A stretch of 64,000 nt of DNA. Origin: Promethearchaeota archaeon Loki_b32. Lineage in GTDB: Archaea; Asgardarchaeota; Lokiarchaeia; Sigyniarchaeales; SOKP01. Position 1 is the stretch's first letter, and every line of letters begins with the position of its first letter. The translations under genes and the position numbers were made by a program. Shown here piece after piece: positions 61,247 through 64,000 of the stretch. The stretch covers positions 41,074 through 105,073 of the forward strand of contig NJBH01000012.1 of the NCBI GenBank assembly GCA_005223125.1, read 5' to 3'. Below the pieces are notes generated by a model. That model was not told the origin of the DNA and did no database searches. It saw only the letters and a program-made list of their open reading frames with translations.

Positions 61247-63388
61247 TCAATTTTTTTCTTTAAGTTTTGAGGAGTCCCCATCTAATTTATCCATAATTAA
61301 ATTAGAGTCTAATTTCAAAGAATTCCCGCAAGCACTACAGAAATTATCATAAGGATTTATCGAATTTTTGCATAAAGGACACACATTCTCAAATGTACTT
61401 ACAGAATGATTTAGAATTGTTTTATAATTGAAATCCATTGTATATATTGCAAACTTTCGCCCATTTACACCATCGATAACTATTGCATTTCTATTTCCTA
61501 ACATAGTTAAGCTATCTTGTTCTTCTACATTGTTGGTAAACAACTTACTGCAAGATTGTGCAGTTCTAAACAAAATAAGAATACTTGGAAGTGAATAGAT
61601 TGATTCGAATAATTCAGACGGCTTTTGAGCTGTAAGAATTAATGATATTCCACGACTCCTAAAAGCCTCTAGAAAATCAGAGAGAATTTCTTCTAAAAAA
61701 TATTGAGAAATAAACTCATCATCATTAGAGGCTTTAGTAGCAGGTTTTTTTGCAATTGCGCCAATTTCATCTAGCATGATTACATTTTTCAATATATTAG
61801 TTCTAATTTGAGGAAAAAAGATCCTTATCATTTGAAAAATCAGATTGATCAATAATTTTTTAATAAATTCATTACATATGGATTCAGAGAGATCTATAAA
61901 TACATTTTTACCATTCATCCATTCTATAAACCAGAATGGTTTAATAGAAGGCAATCTTGTTATTTGATCTAAAGTTGGAGATGATGTCCATCTTATGGCT
62001 CGGTTTTTTATAGCGTTTATAATATTCATTTGATATTTTTTATGGTATTGATGTTTTTCAAACCAATTCAGAAGCTTTCCAAATAATTTTTCTAAAGAAA
62101 CTGGAACCTCTTGGTTCTTTTCGAAATACTTAAGCATGGCATTGTACATTACGATGTCAACTGGTTGCTTTAATCCAAGAGATGAGCTTAGCAATGCTGC
62201 TAATTGTTCAAAAGTAACTTCGATGTTTTTCCCCTTAAAAAAATAGGGGACTCTAAAGTCTGGATCTCCATATTTTAAGTTAATATCTAAATTATACTGT
62301 ATATCCTCATCTTCCTTTTTTAAACTTATAATTAAAACACCACAATTAGGGGTTTTTATTGAGATTTCATGCTGTAAATGGTTTAAGAATGTAGTTTTTC
62401 CAGAACCACTTTTTCCACTAATAAATGCGTGATGAACCAAATCATTCTTTGAAATTGTAATTTTCTTATGAGTTATAGTTCCTCTACTAATATAATATCC
62501 AAGAAATAACTCGTTTTTACTAAGTTTCCTTGAAAAATTCACATTTTCGTTATGTACCTTTATAGCTTTATTAAGAAGGAAGTATTCAGGAATGCTGAAA
62601 TCAATCGCTTTTGGATTTACAAACCCTGGAATCCTATCTTCTAGAATTAAATCTTTAATACCAGTGTAGAATCTCCCTGTATCAGCACCAAGAACATTTT
62701 TCCAAAAGACTCTCCCATTTAATATTTGTTCCCATGTGTCTTTTAGTGTTTGTTTAAGTGTCGCCCTTTCACCATCTATATTTTTTATATCTGATGTTAA
62801 ATATTGTAAGTGTCCTTTTAGTTCTGCTTTTTGATCTTTAATATCTATTTTATTTTCGAATTTTGGAACAATTGAAATATAAATTTTTATTTTAAAATCT
62901 TCTTCTAATTTATATTCTTTTTCTAATTCTGTTCCTTTAATTTCCCCTATAATAGAATCATCTGCTTGCCATAATATATAAATTTTAATTATGTGCTTTT
63001 TATTAAAAGTAAAAAGATTGACAACTTTTTGGAATAGATTAATTTTTTTATGGAAGAAGGGTTTAGGGAGAATTAACTCAAATATTAGCTTCTGTTTATT
63101 TAATTGTTTGAAATCTATTGGCTTTACTTTAACATCTCCAGACAAACCCGGATAAACTTCTTTTAAATAATCCAAAAAATGAAAACCATCTTGAATTGCT
63201 TGCTCTTTTGATTCTGCTTTTAAAAAAAATTTCCATGAGAAATAATCCTCCTCAATTGTAAACTTTGTTCCATATACACGACCATCAACAAAAGGATTGC
63301 ATAACCATGAAGAATCATCTTCATTTTTATTTTTCATATTTGGGACTTGATTGATTTTTATAATGGTAAGGTAAAATTCAGGTTTCAA
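61247..63388 (-). CDS. HerA/FtsK/VirB4-like P-loop ATPase (DUF87-type) with an unknown N-terminal domain and a C-terminal zinc ribbon
   Basis: HAFISGKSGSGKTT Walker A, NVFIDLS, VIMLDE Walker B, FRSRGISLILTAQKPS; CPLC...FCSACG; GAGGTG before the TTG. Confidence 0.85.
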   Translation of the reverse strand: MKPEFYLTIIKINQVPNMKNKNEDDSSWLCNPFVDGRVYGTKFTIEEDYFSWKFFLKAESKEQAIQDGFHFLDYLKEVYPGLSGDVKVKPIDFKQLNKQKLIFELILPKPFFHKKINLFQKVVNLFTFNKKHIIKIYILWQADDSIIGEIKGTELEKEYKLEEDFKIKIYISIVPKFENKIDIKDQKAELKGHLQYLTSDIKNIDGERATLKQTLKDTWEQILNGRVFWKNVLGADTGRFYTGIKDLILEDRIPGFVNPKAIDFSIPEYFLLNKAIKVHNENVNFSRKLSKNELFLGYYISRGTITHKKITISKNDLVHHAFISGKSGSGKTTFLNHLQHEISIKTPNCGVLIISLKKEDEDIQYNLDINLKYGDPDFRVPYFFKGKNIEVTFEQLAALLSSSLGLKQPVDIVMYNAMLKYFEKNQEVPVSLEKLFGKLLNWFEKHQYHKKYQMNIINAIKNRAIRWTSSPTLDQITRLPSIKPFWFIEWMNGKNVFIDLSESICNEFIKKLLINLIFQMIRIFFPQIRTNILKNVIMLDEIGAIAKKPATKASNDDEFISQYFLEEILSDFLEAFRSRGISLILTAQKPSELFESIYSLPSILILFRTAQSCSKLFTNNVEEQDSLTMLGNRNAIVIDGVNGRKFAIYTMDFNYKTILNHSVSTFENVCPLCKNSINPYDNFCSACGNSLKLDSNLIMDKLDGDSSKLKEKN

Positions 63389-63456
63389 TTCTTACACCTC
63401 TTTTTTAAAATTTTTAATTTTTTTACTTGGAATTGCATAATGGCATAACAAACTAA

Positions 63457-63567
63457 CTAATTTAAATCCATATTTTTAAAAGGTTCAGGGAGATATTTTA
63501 ATAGCAAATATGAGACTAATATTGAAAACAGCAAAAATCCTATGATTATGGGTATTTCCTCAAACAT
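63457..63567 (-). CDS. 36-aa single-TM peptide, missed by the ORF track
   Basis: MFEEIPIIIGFLLFSILVSYLLLKYLPEPFKNMDLN*; 68 nt upstream of the ATPase on the same strand. Confidence 0.55.
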   Translation of the reverse strand: MFEEIPIIIGFLLFSILVSYLLLKYLPEPFKNMDLN

Positions 63568-64000
63568 TTTTTTCTCATTTCAACTAATCATTTAAAATTC
63601 ACTTAACTTAATTTAGATCATTTAGTTATATTTAAAAAAAAAGTCAAGTTAAGAATTAAAATAAAAAAAATATTCTTAAATCTCAATTTGAGAAAATGTT
63701 ATAACATAAAAGGAAGATACGTAGTAAAAAAAAACTTCTTTTAATCCCATAAAGAAAATTGTATTTCAACATGAAAGTAGTCGATAATTCAGAAATGAAT
63801 AGTACAAATCAAAATAATAAATTTAATTTTATTTTTAGATTGAATTAATGTTATTTTAGTTATCTTAAAATTAATCATACTTAAGATAATTAAATACACT
63901 CCTTTTTCATATAATTATTAAAAATGTAGTTAATTATAAATGAGATTCCTATATAAGTAATTTCGATTCTCTTTTCCTTTTTATTCTCAGGATTTTTATA

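Noticed and set aside
60783-61250. 155-aa ORF-track call (MNKNYS...) and the + strand ORFs at 60457-61209
   Set aside because: Off-frame or antisense shadows of the acidic repeats; the frame continuous with 57820..60672 has synonymous variation and an SD sequence
61247-63388. Canonical HerA of the herA-nurA-mre11-rad50 repair operon
   Set aside because: No nurA, mre11 or rad50 nearby, and the N-terminal region does not look like a HAS barrel
1-64000. Selenoproteins, tRNA/rRNA genes, IS elements
   Set aside because: Genes ending in TGA appear complete with no obvious read-through domain; no GC-rich structural RNA or transposase was seen by eye (not an exhaustive scan)

Overview
AT-rich (roughly 30% GC by eye) archaeal window, most consistent with a Lokiarchaeia/Asgard genome. 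This assignment is inferred from gene content: DRG GTPase, SAMP/MoaD, a ubiquitin-like protein, many zinc ribbons, HEPN-MNT pairs and TTG/GTG starts. The centre holds an anaerobic aromatic-ring degradation locus: ATP-dependent Bzd-type benzoyl-CoA reductase bzdNOPQ, ferredoxin bzdM, bzdV and oah/dch/had, interrupted by a membrane protein gene and an inverted uxaC. Around it lie an acyl-CoA dehydrogenase with a ferredoxin-fused ETF, three tandem M29 aminopeptidases, and a second acyl-CoA/aldehyde cluster (CoA ligase, thiolase, 2-hydroxyacyl-CoA dehydratase and activator, MaoC, AOR with its ferredoxin, PanE-like). The most unusual element is at the right end: an apparent three-gene minus-strand operon. 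It encodes an unannotated 36-aa membrane peptide, a HerA/VirB4-like ATPase, and a ~1127-aa protein with hyper-acidic tandem repeats fused to a two-motif LAGLIDADG nuclease and HTH-like domains. That protein is 177 codons longer than the ORF track shows and apparently starts at ATT. Other items the ORF track misses or does not name: a 76-aa ubiquitin-like protein lacking GG, a 51-aa zinc-finger peptide, an ATA/ATT-initiated AOR, and a duplicated ~105-bp promoter/operator element. No rRNA, tRNA or CRISPR array was seen.
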